Positions 22,749 to 31,717 of a stretch of 39,537 nt of DNA are shown here, in pieces (position 1 is the stretch's first letter; each line of letters opens with the position of its first letter). The translations under genes and the position numbers were made by a program. The stretch is taken from positions 1 to 39,537 of the forward strand of contig CAZFPH010000001.1 in assembly GCA_964520955.1 (NCBI GenBank), in the 5' to 3' direction. The notes beneath the pieces were generated by a model that saw only the letters and a program-made list of their open reading frames with translations, was not told the origin of the DNA and searched no databases. This DNA is from an uncultured Lachnospiraceae bacterium (GTDB taxonomy: Bacteria > Bacillota > Clostridia > Christensenellales > UBA1242).

Positions 22749-23304
22749 ATTTGTTAACTTCTGCAAGTTTTTCTCTTAAATAATTTTCGATTGTTGCAAC
22801 GGTTTTGTCAAGGTCCAAGTTTTCAATAACAATGTCATAGAATGGAATGTGTTGTCTTTCCATTTTTCCCCTTGAAAGCCTTACAGCAATTCTTTCCTCA
22901 CTTTCACCTCTGCCAATAAGCCTTTCGTGAAGCACATCGTCTGGGGCATCAATAAAAATTAAGATTGCTTTGCCTTTATCCTCAAAATACTCCTTGAGTT
23001 TTGCAGCCCCGTGCACATCTATATCTTTTATGAATATATCTTGTGGATTGTTCACAATTTTATTAAGCTCGCTAAACTGAGTGGCGTACCAAAATCCGTG
23101 AGATTCCTCCACCTCAAAAAAGTCACCATTTATTCTCTTCTGCTCAAACTCTTCTGGCGTAAAGAAATCATAAAGGGTTTCACCAGGTCTTGGAGCTCTG
23201 GTTGTTGCAGATTTGAAAAAGTGCATATTTGGAAATTTTTCTAATAATTTTTGAATTACGGTGTTTTTGCCAACGCCTGACACACCTGAAAGAATTACTA
23301 ACAT
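22747..23304 (-). CDS. gmk: guanylate kinase family protein
   Basis: 185 aa; P-loop LSGVSGVGKNT, SATTRAPRPGE...YDF, YAT motif. Confidence 0.75.
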   Translation of the reverse strand: MLVILSGVSGVGKNTVIQKLLEKFPNMHFFKSATTRAPRPGETLYDFFTPEEFEQKRINGDFFEVEESHGFWYATQFSELNKIVNNPQDIFIKDIDVHGAAKLKEYFEDKGKAILIFIDAPDDVLHERLIGRGESEERIAVRLSRGKMERQHIPFYDIVIENLDLDKTVATIENYLREKLAEVNK

Positions 23305-23310
23305 ATATTC

Positions 23311-23339
23311 ATTATAAGGACTGGCTATATAAAAATCAA
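23311..23339 (-). promoter_or_regulatory. sigma-A promoter placed for a leaderless gmk-like mRNA
   Basis: Minus strand TTGATT (23334-23339), 17 nt, TATAAT (23311-23316). Only 6 nt separate the -10 from the ATG (23302-23304), and no RBS is present. Confidence 0.5.
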
Positions 23340-23470
23340 TCTATTTTTGCTATTTTAAAGAATTTATCAATAATATTTGTGCGATTTTTATGATAAATTA
23401 TATTTATACCCTCTTGACAGAAAAATTATTTTCATTTATAATAAGCACGCTTAGTAATGGAGAATATATT

Positions 23471-24358
23471 ATGCAATTTTCAAATATAAATTACAATCTG
23501 TACAAAAGTTTTTTAGTTGTTTATGAAACACAGAACATTTCAAGAGCAGCCGAACTACTCTATATTTCACAGCCAGCTGTCAGCCACAACATTAAAGAAC
23601 TTGAAAAGCAGTTAAACATTCAATTATTTTACAAAAAGGCAAATGGTATGAGTGCAACAAGCGAAGCGGACATTTTATACAAATATATTTCAAGTGCATT
23701 CAATTCAATTTGGAAAGGTGAACTCACCATTACCGATATGGCAGGGCTAAAAACTGGTGTGGTTAAAATCGGTATCCCATCGTATCTTACTGTGTTGTTC
23801 CTTTCAGAGGTTATCACGGAGTTCAGGCAAAAATATCCAAACATAAAAATTGAAATCGTGAGCAAGCCAATCCCAGAGCTAATCAATATGCTTCAAACTC
23901 AAAATATTGATATCGTGATAGACAGCCAACCAATCCCAACTGAAAAGAACAAAACAGAAATCAAGTACCTAACATCTTACTCACACTGTTTTGTTACAAC
24001 CGATAAGTTTTACACCGATAAAAAGCTTGGCATTGATGGCGTTTCAAACTTGCCACTAATCATTTCTTCACAAAACTCAGAAGAAGTTAAACTCCTCAAA
24101 AACGCCATTGCGGGCTTGAAACTCAACCCAATTATCGAAGCATGGACAACTGAGTCTATGCTAAAGTTTGTTAGAAGCGGAAATGGTGTTGGTTACTGTC
24201 AAGAGGAATATGTTAAAGAAGACCTTGAAAGCGGAAAACTTAAAAAATTAGACTTAACATTCACCCTTCCAAAACTTGATATTTACTGCGGATATATGCC
24301 AGACACACTTGCTTTCGCACCAAAAAAATTCGCTGAATTTTTAACAACAAGGAACTAG
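23471..24358 (+). CDS. LysR-family transcriptional regulator
   Basis: The start is moved to the ATG at 23471 (GGAG RBS). N-terminal wHTH: YKSFLVVYETQNISRAAELLYISQPAVSHNIKELEKQL. The C-terminal part is substrate-binding-like. Confidence 0.85.
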   Translation: MQFSNINYNLYKSFLVVYETQNISRAAELLYISQPAVSHNIKELEKQLNIQLFYKKANGMSATSEADILYKYISSAFNSIWKGELTITDMAGLKTGVVKIGIPSYLTVLFLSEVITEFRQKYPNIKIEIVSKPIPELINMLQTQNIDIVIDSQPIPTEKNKTEIKYLTSYSHCFVTTDKFYTDKKLGIDGVSNLPLIISSQNSEEVKLLKNAIAGLKLNPIIEAWTTESMLKFVRSGNGVGYCQEEYVKEDLESGKLKKLDLTFTLPKLDIYCGYMPDTLAFAPKKFAEFLTTRN

Positions 24359-24381
24359 AAATAACTCTAGTTCTTTTTTTT
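24352..24381 (+). terminator. rho-independent terminator of the LysR gene
   Basis: GAACTAGA-aataac-TCTAGTTC followed by TTTTTTTT. Confidence 0.8.
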
Positions 24382-24459
24382 ATTGCATTTTTTGATTGTT
24401 TTTGGTTATTTTCATTTTAGTTTTAAGGTTTTTTATGCTAAAATGTTAGTAGGTGAATT

Positions 24460-25401
24460 ATGAATATTTATTTTGCAATTGACATTGGCGGAACAACTAT
24501 TAAAGGTGGTGTTGTTGATGAAGATAACAATCTTTTGTGTAAATCTTTTGTTAACACCTGCCCTGTTCCAGAATCTAACTATTTAACAGAAAGCATACTT
24601 GAACTTGTTTCAAAACTTGAACAAGCAAGTGGCTACAAAATCACAGATGCATTAGGGCTTGGTATTGGTGCTCCTGGGCTTATTGACTGCAAAAACGGAA
24701 TCCTCGGATTTTCTGGTAACCTAAAAGTTAAAGATTACCCACTTGTCGAAAACCTAAAAAAGCATATTTCCATTCCAATCAAACTCGCAAATGATGCAGA
24801 TGTTGCAACGCTTGCTGAAATGTATGTTGGTGCAGGCAAGCCTTACGACAACTTTATTATGCTAACGCTTGGCACAGGAATTGGCGGTGGAATTGTTGTT
24901 GGCAAAAAACTGCTTGCAAACAGCTCGCCTTATGGCGGAGAAATTGGTCATATTAAAATTTCCGACAGCGGGGTAAAGTGCACTTGTGGTGACAAAAATT
25001 GTTTTGAGGCATTAGCCAGCACAAAGGCACTAGTTTCACTCACAAAGCAAGCTATGCAAAACAATCCTGACTCAAAAATGTGGAGCAAATTTAACCTTTC
25101 AAACGTTGACGGAAGAACCATTTTTGAATTTTTAAAAACTGACAGAACTGCAAAAGAGGTGTTCAACACATACATAACAAACCTCGGAAACGGCATTGTG
25201 AGCCTTCACAATATTTTCTGTCCAGAAGCAATTATTATTGGTGGTGCAATATCAAACCAAAAAGATGTAATCCTGCCATCACTAACTAAGTATGTAAATA
25301 ACCATATCTACGTTAAAAACATAGACTATAAAGCGAACATAATAGTTGCCGAGCTTCGTGGAGAAGCAGGAATACTTGGTGCAAAATGTTTGTTTAACTA
25401 A
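24460..25401 (+). CDS. glcK: ROK-family glucokinase
   Basis: 313 aa; FAIDIGGTTIKGGVV ATP-binding start, GEIGH, and the zinc motif CTCGDKNCFEALAS. Confidence 0.85.
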   Translation: MNIYFAIDIGGTTIKGGVVDEDNNLLCKSFVNTCPVPESNYLTESILELVSKLEQASGYKITDALGLGIGAPGLIDCKNGILGFSGNLKVKDYPLVENLKKHISIPIKLANDADVATLAEMYVGAGKPYDNFIMLTLGTGIGGGIVVGKKLLANSSPYGGEIGHIKISDSGVKCTCGDKNCFEALASTKALVSLTKQAMQNNPDSKMWSKFNLSNVDGRTIFEFLKTDRTAKEVFNTYITNLGNGIVSLHNIFCPEAIIIGGAISNQKDVILPSLTKYVNNHIYVKNIDYKANIIVAELRGEAGILGAKCLFN

Positions 25402-25409
25402 AGGAGTAA

Positions 25410-26666
25410 ATGATGAATTTAAATTTTGAACATTGTTTAATAAATGAAAAAGAGTTTTACTCTAAAGATTATCAAAAAAGAATAAGTGAAATACACACAT
25501 CGCTTCATTCTGGAACAGTCTATGGAACATCTTGGGTGGACTATCCAATAACTTATGACAAAAAAGAACTTGCAAAAGTGCAAAAACTTGCAAAAGACAT
25601 TGAAAAAACCTCAGATGTTCTGCTTGTTATTGGCATTGGTGGCTCATATCTTGGTGCAAAAGCTGGTATTGATATGCTGGGCAAAAAGAGCAAACTTGAA
25701 GTGGTTTTTGTTGGTATTAACTTTGACTATTCAGACCTTGGCAGTGTACTCGACCAAATTAAGGACAAGGACGTTACCGTGAATGTAATTTCAAAATCTG
25801 GCTCAACGGTTGAGGTTCTCTCGACTCTTAACATTGTTGAACGCTTTATGAAAAATAAGTACAAAAACGATTATAAAAAACGTATGGTTTGCACAACATC
25901 TAAAGACAAGGGATATCTCAGGTCTTACGCCGTTGCAAATGGTCTTGAAACATTATCTGTTCCTGATGGTATGGGTGGCAGATATTCAGTTTTATCATCA
26001 GTTGGCATTTTGCCATTTATTTGTGCAGGTATCAATGTTAAAAAAGTTTTAGAGGGTGCTTACGACGCTTGCAGAGAGTTTGATAACACAAACATCGAAA
26101 CAAACCCTGCATATAAGTACGCTATCTACAGACACCTTGCAAACAAACGCCTTGGCAAAAAGCTAGAACTATTTTCAAGCTTTAACAGCAAACTAACATC
26201 TTTTGGTTATTGGCTACAGCAACTTTTTACTGAAAGTGAGGGCAAGGACGGCAAGGGTATGTTTGTTAGCCCTGTTGCCTACTCAAGAGACCTACATTCT
26301 GTTGGTCAGTTTGTACAAGATGGCACACCTATCTTAATTGAAACATTTATTGATGTTAAAAATCCATTAAAGGATAACACCTTTACAAACATTCCTCTTG
26401 ATAATCCAATCAAATTCCTCGAAGGTAAAACGATGAACGACGTTAATCGTGCAGCATATCAAGGAACAATCCAAGCACACGTTGAAGCAAAAGTTCCAAT
26501 CGTTTCTGTTGAAGTTGACGAGGTGAATGAGTACACATTTGGATACCTTGTATATTTCTTTGAACTCGCTTGTGCAACAAGCGGATATCTTCTTGGAATT
26601 AATCCGTTCGACCAACCAGGTGTTGAAAGCTACAAAGCAAAAATGAAAGCACTTTTAAAAGACTAA
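25410..26666 (+). CDS. pgi: glucose-6-phosphate isomerase
   Basis: 418 aa; VIGIGGSYLGAKA, GGRYSVLSSVG, ESEGK and NPFDQPGVE motifs. The second ATG at 25413 has better RBS spacing. Confidence 0.9.
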   Translation: MMNLNFEHCLINEKEFYSKDYQKRISEIHTSLHSGTVYGTSWVDYPITYDKKELAKVQKLAKDIEKTSDVLLVIGIGGSYLGAKAGIDMLGKKSKLEVVFVGINFDYSDLGSVLDQIKDKDVTVNVISKSGSTVEVLSTLNIVERFMKNKYKNDYKKRMVCTTSKDKGYLRSYAVANGLETLSVPDGMGGRYSVLSSVGILPFICAGINVKKVLEGAYDACREFDNTNIETNPAYKYAIYRHLANKRLGKKLELFSSFNSKLTSFGYWLQQLFTESEGKDGKGMFVSPVAYSRDLHSVGQFVQDGTPILIETFIDVKNPLKDNTFTNIPLDNPIKFLEGKTMNDVNRAAYQGTIQAHVEAKVPIVSVEVDEVNEYTFGYLVYFFELACATSGYLLGINPFDQPGVESYKAKMKALLKD

Positions 26667-26678
26667 AAATTTTAAAAA

Positions 26679-26705
26679 ATCAAGCCACAGCTTGGTTTTT
26701 ATTTT
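26679..26705 (+). terminator. rho-independent terminator after pgi
   Basis: ATCAAGC-caca-GCTTGGT followed by TTTTTATTTT. Confidence 0.6.
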
Positions 26706-26732
26706 GATAGAAATTTGCTATTAGTATATAAT
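26704..26732 (+). promoter_or_regulatory. sigma-A promoter for the alcohol dehydrogenase gene
   Basis: TTGATA (26704-26709), 17 nt, TATAAT (26727-26732). Confidence 0.6.
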
Positions 26733-26754
26733 AAGCGTATAAAGGAGAAAAATT

Positions 26755-27906
26755 ATGAGCAGATTTATCATTAATGAATTTTCATATTTTGGCAGAGGTT
26801 CAAGAGAAAACCTTGTGCCAGAAATCACAAAAAGAAATTTTAAAAATATATTGGTTGTTACCGACAAAGCTCTTGTTGACTGCGGTGTTGTCCAAAAAGT
26901 TACAATCCTTTTGGACACAGCAAAAATCAAGTACCTTATCTATAGCGATGTTAAGCCAAACCCAACAATCAAAAACGTTTTGGACGGCGTTGCTGTTTGC
27001 AAAAAATTCAAAGCCGACGCAATTGTAACCGTTGGCGGTGGTTCAGCTATGGACACAGCAAAAGGTATCTCAATCCTCATCACCAATCCAGATAGAACAA
27101 TGCAGTCGCTAAACGGCGTTTCTGACACAAAGAACAAGGGCTTGCCAATCATTGCCCTTCCAACAACAGCTGGAACAGCTTCTGAGGTAACCATTAACTA
27201 TGTTATCACCGATGAAGAACGTCAAATCAAGATGGTTTGCGTTGACCCTAACGACCTCCCTGTTGTTGCAATTGTTGATAGCGAACTTATGGAAACTATG
27301 CCAAAATCACTCGCTGCCGCAACTGGTCTTGACGCACTCACACACGCTATTGAGGGCTATATCACAAAAGGTGCAAACCTTATGAGCGATATGTTCCATT
27401 TGGAAGCAATCAAACTCATTTTTGCAAACCTTGAAAAAGCAGTTAATCAAAAGGACCCAGAAGCTATCGAAAAAATGAGCTACGCTCAATATATTGCAGG
27501 TATGGGATTTTCAAACGTTGGTCTTGGAATTGTTCACTCAATGGCTCACCAACTTGGTGCGGTTTATGACACACCTCACGGAATTGCAAACGCAATGCTT
27601 TTGCCAGTTGTTATGAAATTTAATGGAGAAACATCTAGTGACCGCTTTGCTGAAATTTTGAAAGCACTTGGCGAAAACGTAAAATGCCCAACCAAAGCAA
27701 AAATTATCGACAGATTAGTTAACAAAATTAAAGAACTTTCTGCATCTGTTGGCGTAACGCAAACAATCGCTGACTATGGTTGCAAGGAAGAAGATATTGT
27801 TATGCTTTCAAAGAAAGCGATGGAAGACCCTTGCAGACCAGGCAACCCAAGAGAAACCAGCCTTGAAGACTTTGTCGCTCTTTACAAAGAAGCTATGCAA
27901 GGCTAA
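26755..27906 (+). CDS. iron-containing (group III) alcohol dehydrogenase, lactaldehyde/propanediol oxidoreductase-like
   Basis: 383 aa; VGGGSAMDTAK, LPTTAGTASEV and the Fe-ligand region GLDALTHAIEGY...HSMAHQLG...HG. Confidence 0.9.
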   Translation: MSRFIINEFSYFGRGSRENLVPEITKRNFKNILVVTDKALVDCGVVQKVTILLDTAKIKYLIYSDVKPNPTIKNVLDGVAVCKKFKADAIVTVGGGSAMDTAKGISILITNPDRTMQSLNGVSDTKNKGLPIIALPTTAGTASEVTINYVITDEERQIKMVCVDPNDLPVVAIVDSELMETMPKSLAAATGLDALTHAIEGYITKGANLMSDMFHLEAIKLIFANLEKAVNQKDPEAIEKMSYAQYIAGMGFSNVGLGIVHSMAHQLGAVYDTPHGIANAMLLPVVMKFNGETSSDRFAEILKALGENVKCPTKAKIIDRLVNKIKELSASVGVTQTIADYGCKEEDIVMLSKKAMEDPCRPGNPRETSLEDFVALYKEAMQG

Positions 27907-27944
27907 AAAACAAGAAAGACCCAGTTCGTTTAAAACTAGCAAAA

Positions 27945-27977
27945 GAGTTAGGAATTTGTTCCTAATTCTTTTTTTAT
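27945..27977 (+). terminator. rho-independent terminator of the ADH gene
   Basis: TTAGGAA-tttg-TTCCTAA followed by TTCTTTTTTTAT. Confidence 0.7.
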
Positions 27978-28222
27978 GGTTATTTTATGCCGTGAAAGGT
28001 GCTTAACAAGAGAAGAAATAAAAAACAACATCTAAAGGCAGAGAAACAGAAAAACAACAAACAATCACAATACTTATTTCTCTATCTTAACTAGCAAAAA
28101 GAAGTTGATTTGTTTTTTTGTTAAAGCGAAATTTTTATATTGCCCCACCTTTTGTGTTTGTAGTTTAGTAATGAGAACAAGCAACAAGTCGCATAATAAT
28201 TTTATTTTCTTTATTAAATAAT

Positions 28223-28252
28223 TTGATACAAGTTTGTTTTGTGATGTATAAT
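28223..28252 (+). promoter_or_regulatory. strong promoter with extended -10 for the LRR gene
   Basis: TTGATA (28223-28228), 18 nt, TGtATAAT... with TATAAT at 28247-28252. Confidence 0.6.
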
Positions 28253-28289
28253 CAAGTAAGATAAATATAAAACTTATAGAGGTGAATAA

Positions 28290-30746
28290 ATGCGTTCAAT
28301 TAAAGAAGAATTTTATTATCAAATGCTAGGATTAATGGCTTCTTACACTTCAAGTGAAGCTGATGAGTTTCTTGAGAAAAAAGGTGTAAAGGCTGCTGCT
28401 GACCTATTGAAACTAGACCCATATATTGATAATTTGAGAATGCTGATTAACAAACATTTTCTAAAAAATGCTCAAATTAGTGAAGAAGATATTTCAACCA
28501 ATATTCCATATTCTAGAGAATTGGAAATCAGTGATGATTTTTATTTTGAAAGTGGCAACTCTGATGACCCACTTTATCACAGCAGGGTTGTTGAATTAGT
28601 TCAAGAGTTTCATAATGATTTTGTTATGAAACACAAGTATCAAGGAGATAAAAAGTTTGCATCTTTCTTTGTTGAAAACAGAAAATTTATTAATCTTGAA
28701 CGAGAAGAGTTTCTGTTTGAACTGACTTTCGTGAATGTTCTGTTTGAAAGAATTGGAGCAAAACTACACTTATCCCTGCACAAGTCAAAGGGTTATGGAA
28801 AAATACTCGACCCTCGCCCTGAACTTTGGAACGAATTTAAATCTGCGTATGAAGATGTTTTTGAATTTGATGTAGATGAAATTAAAAATAAATACACCCA
28901 CATTGACAAAGCAAGTTATGAAGCTTTAGGTCATCACGTCGACAAGGCAGTAGGCGACAGTTTTAACTTAACATTAAATACAAACCAAAAAATATTGTTT
29001 ATTCCAGCAACCATTGATGGAAAACCAATTAATACTGTTAGTTCCTTGTATAGTTCAAGTTCACAAGAAACAACTAAAGCTGTTGTCTTTTTGGGCAATG
29101 TTGAACAACTTCAAAAATTTGCATCAAACAACCCTAATATCTCTTTGTTGTATATTTTTGGAGAAATTAAACAAATTGACGATGAATCTTTTGGTTCGTC
29201 AAGCAAGGTTTTTAATCGCACTAGTGATGCAATATATCTTAAAACTGTTAACAATAATTATTATGCACTACTCAAGATAACCGACAACCGCCTTGAAGAA
29301 CTTGAAATTAACAAAGAATGTTTGGTTGTTGCATCAAGAGCATTTTCGTATTCTGCGGTTAGAAAAATTAATTTGAACAATGTTAAATATATTTCATCAA
29401 GAGCATTTTACAATAGCCTTTTAGAAAGCATTGACCTATCTAATGTTGTATGTGTGAACGATTCGGCTTTTGCGTCTTCTAAAAATCTGAAAAAGATTAT
29501 TTTTGGCAACAATTTAAAAGAAATTCCTTTCTTCTGTTTTATGGATTGCGAATCTTTGGAAACATTGTATTTTCCTATCAACATTAAAGACATTGTTGGT
29601 GATGCATTCAGTGGTTGCAAGTCCTTAAAAAATCTATACTTTGCTAACGCAGACATTTGGGTTTCACCAAATTCATTCCCTAAAGATGTAACAAATCTAA
29701 AAATTTATGGCAATGAGAACTTTAAATCACGCCATTATGAATATAGTGATACTTTTGAAAGCTATCCTCACGAATTTGTTTTGTGTGATGTGGAAAACCT
29801 TGACGAAGAAGATGTTTATAGTTCTAATGACGCTGATTCAAACACTGCAAACAATACTGACGAAGATTTTTATGTTAAAAACATATTATATTATACTGAC
29901 GACTCTTGCAATATGGCATACATTAGTTACAAAGAAGATAGTGTGGGATATAAGCTTGAGAAATTTGTTGCAAGAGAAGAATATAATGGCTACCCTATGG
30001 GATACATTTCATATATATTCAATGAAGAAAACTTACCACTAAAATATCTTCATTTTAAAAACAATGTTGAATTTTTAGATGAATGTTTTGAAAATGCTCC
30101 TAACTTAGAAACAGTTATTGTTGAAAATGGAGAAATTACTAAAATTAAGTCTGACGTATTCAAAAACTCCGAAAAATTGAAAACTGTTGTCGATGGCGTT
30201 GAGTATATAAAAATTAATGACAACCCATATTACATCTGTTCAGGCTATAAAAACGGAAGCAACAAAAACATTACTCTTCACCCAGATTGCGTAATTGTTC
30301 AAAACTATGCGTTTTATAACACTGACATTCGAGGCATCAATTTTAGTAATGTTAAGTATATTGGAGATTATGTCTTAGATTACTGCAAGAATTTACAAAC
30401 TATTATTATGAATGACACCACACTCACTCTAGGAGAATCTTCTTTTGCTAGGGATTGTCCAAATGTTAGAATTCTTAAATTATCTAACTCACTAAAGAAA
30501 CTTGAAGGAATACTTATATCAGATAATGAAATGTTGGAAAATTTGGAAATGCCTGAAAACTTAGAATCAGTTTGGTCTATCGTGGTTAACTGCTCTGGAT
30601 TAAAAGAAGTTAAGTTCCAACCCAAGTGTAAAAAATATGGCTGGTTTGTTTTTAGCGAATGCAAAAACCTTAAAAAAGTTTACATACCAAAAGGCTCAGA
30701 TTGTGATAATGTATCATTTAAAGACATTGAAGTAATTGAATATTAA
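28290..30746 (+). CDS. BspA-type leucine-rich-repeat (LRR_5) protein with unknown N-terminal domain and no signal peptide
   Basis: 818 aa. It has repeated I..I...AF..C..L..I-type units in two blocks (about res 330-480 and 590-810), separated by an acidic linker (DVENLDEEDVYSSNDADSNTANNTDEDF). The N-terminus MRSIKEEFYYQMLG is not hydrophobic. Confidence 0.75.
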   Translation: MRSIKEEFYYQMLGLMASYTSSEADEFLEKKGVKAAADLLKLDPYIDNLRMLINKHFLKNAQISEEDISTNIPYSRELEISDDFYFESGNSDDPLYHSRVVELVQEFHNDFVMKHKYQGDKKFASFFVENRKFINLEREEFLFELTFVNVLFERIGAKLHLSLHKSKGYGKILDPRPELWNEFKSAYEDVFEFDVDEIKNKYTHIDKASYEALGHHVDKAVGDSFNLTLNTNQKILFIPATIDGKPINTVSSLYSSSSQETTKAVVFLGNVEQLQKFASNNPNISLLYIFGEIKQIDDESFGSSSKVFNRTSDAIYLKTVNNNYYALLKITDNRLEELEINKECLVVASRAFSYSAVRKINLNNVKYISSRAFYNSLLESIDLSNVVCVNDSAFASSKNLKKIIFGNNLKEIPFFCFMDCESLETLYFPINIKDIVGDAFSGCKSLKNLYFANADIWVSPNSFPKDVTNLKIYGNENFKSRHYEYSDTFESYPHEFVLCDVENLDEEDVYSSNDADSNTANNTDEDFYVKNILYYTDDSCNMAYISYKEDSVGYKLEKFVAREEYNGYPMGYISYIFNEENLPLKYLHFKNNVEFLDECFENAPNLETVIVENGEITKIKSDVFKNSEKLKTVVDGVEYIKINDNPYYICSGYKNGSNKNITLHPDCVIVQNYAFYNTDIRGINFSNVKYIGDYVLDYCKNLQTIIMNDTTLTLGESSFARDCPNVRILKLSNSLKKLEGILISDNEMLENLEMPENLESVWSIVVNCSGLKEVKFQPKCKKYGWFVFSECKNLKKVYIPKGSDCDNVSFKDIEVIEY

Positions 30747-30874
30747 TTCAAACACAAACACCCGTGTCAAGGCAAGCACACGTCCAAGTGCCATTTATTA
30801 TTTTAATTTCTTAATATTTGTATGAAAAGCAGTTAAACAAAACCTATAATTTTCTTACTTTAAATTTTTTGCAC

Positions 30875-30906
30875 AAAAAAAAAGAGGTATAACCTCTTTT
30901 TTTATT
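30875..30906. terminator. bidirectional terminator between the LRR gene and the 110-aa membrane protein gene
   Basis: AAAGAGGT-ata-ACCTCTTT flanked by A9 and T7 runs. Confidence 0.75.
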
Positions 30907-31234
30907 TGCTAACATTGTTAACAACGCCAACGAATTGTGTCCAAGTACTTGGGAAGAACATAAATATTACAACAAGTGCAATAGCAACGTAGAACACAAT
31001 TTTGATAATTAAGTTCTTGTCTTCAACAAACTCAAGACCGGTGATACCAACAACAACAAGTGGAGCCCAAGTTTTAACAACTATTAAAACGTTGTAGATG
31101 AAAGACGTTTCATCAATAAAGTTCCAAGCTGAATGGATACACAAAATGAGATATGTTAAAATTGTGATAGCAGCAGCAACGCAACCGATGCAACTTAATA
31201 TTTGCTTTCTTACTTCTTTACCATTATCTACCAT
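30902..31234 (-). CDS. small integral membrane protein (110 aa, about 3 TM helices), unknown function
   Basis: AGGAGA RBS and its own TTGACA-17-TATAGT promoter. Hydrophobic segments: CIGCVAAAITILTYLILCI, IVVKTWAPLVVVGITGL, IVFYVAIALVVIFMFF. Confidence 0.7.
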   Translation of the reverse strand: MVDNGKEVRKQILSCIGCVAAAITILTYLILCIHSAWNFIDETSFIYNVLIVVKTWAPLVVVGITGLEFVEDKNLIIKIVFYVAIALVVIFMFFPSTWTQFVGVVNNVSK

Positions 31235-31257
31235 AATATTTCTCCTTTGTTACCATA

Positions 31258-31286
31258 ACTATACCGAAAATTTTAGCCGTTGTCAA
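31258..31286 (-). promoter_or_regulatory. sigma-A promoter of the 110-aa membrane protein gene
   Basis: Minus strand TTGACA (31281-31286), 17 nt, TATAGT (31258-31263). Confidence 0.6.
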
Positions 31287-31364
31287 ACAAGAAGCAACTT
31301 TTTAAAAAATTTATTAAAATTTTATAAAAATTTGCACATTTAAAGATTTGTAACATAAAATATA

Positions 31365-31495
31365 CTAGACCAGCAATAAGACTGGTCGAAACAAATAGCT
31401 TACAAAAAAATTAATTCTTCATATATTTTTCCCTATAAATTATCTTATACTCATAATATTCTCTAATTCCAAGAAGGGCAAGCCCCTTCTTTTTT
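31365..31495 (+). ncRNA. candidate small non-coding RNA (about 125 nt) bounded by a promoter-like element and a strong terminator
   Basis: TTGCAC (31332-31337), 18 nt, TAAAAT (31356-31361). A 5' hairpin GACCAG-N8-CTGGTC lies at 31369-31388. I saw no ATG in this strand of the interval. The terminator is at 31471-31495. Confidence 0.3.
31471..31495 (+). terminator. orphan plus-strand rho-independent terminator
   Basis: AAGAAGGG-caagc-CCCTTCTT followed by TTTTG; there is no plus-strand CDS upstream of it. Confidence 0.75.
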
Positions 31496-31674
31496 GTATA
31501 AAAAATTATATCACGCACACATTAATAGTATGGATAGAACTAATACTGAAGACTACCAAAGATTATACTCAACCGATCCTAAACAAATTGATAAAAATCT
31601 AGACCGCCTTATAAAACGCAAAGAAGAGGCCCTAGAGCGAAAACTTGTAGAAAAAAGTAATATGTAATTGTCTC

Positions 31675-31717
31675 GTAATAATAAAAGAGTATAGATGTTC
31701 TATACTCTTTTATTATT
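31675..31717. terminator. 18-bp perfect palindromic terminator at the 3' end of the transglutaminase-like gene
   Basis: AATAATAAAAGAGTATAG-atgtt-CTATACTCTTTTATTATT; overlaps the stop codon at 31713-31715. Confidence 0.75.

Noticed and set aside
23392-23406. ATAAAT-N3-ATTTAT dyad (T-N11-A-like LysR box) upstream of the LysR gene
   Set aside because: It fits the LysR box pattern but is composed entirely of A/T in an AT-rich promoter region, so chance occurrence is likely.
28005-28072. T-poor, A/C-rich tract (aacaagagaagaaataaaaaacaacatctaaaggcagagaaacagaaaaacaacaaacaatcacaa) in the 380-bp gap before the LRR gene
   Set aside because: The strand compositional skew is striking, but I found no repeat unit, secondary structure, ORF or promoter/terminator framing. 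I noted it only as unexplained.
31530-31667. 45-aa plus-strand ORF (MDRTNTEDYQRLYSTDPKQIDKNLDRLIKRKEEALERKLVEKSNM)
   Set aside because: It has no Shine-Dalgarno sequence and no recognisable family. It lies just after a strong terminator. It may be a gene fragment or a chance ORF.
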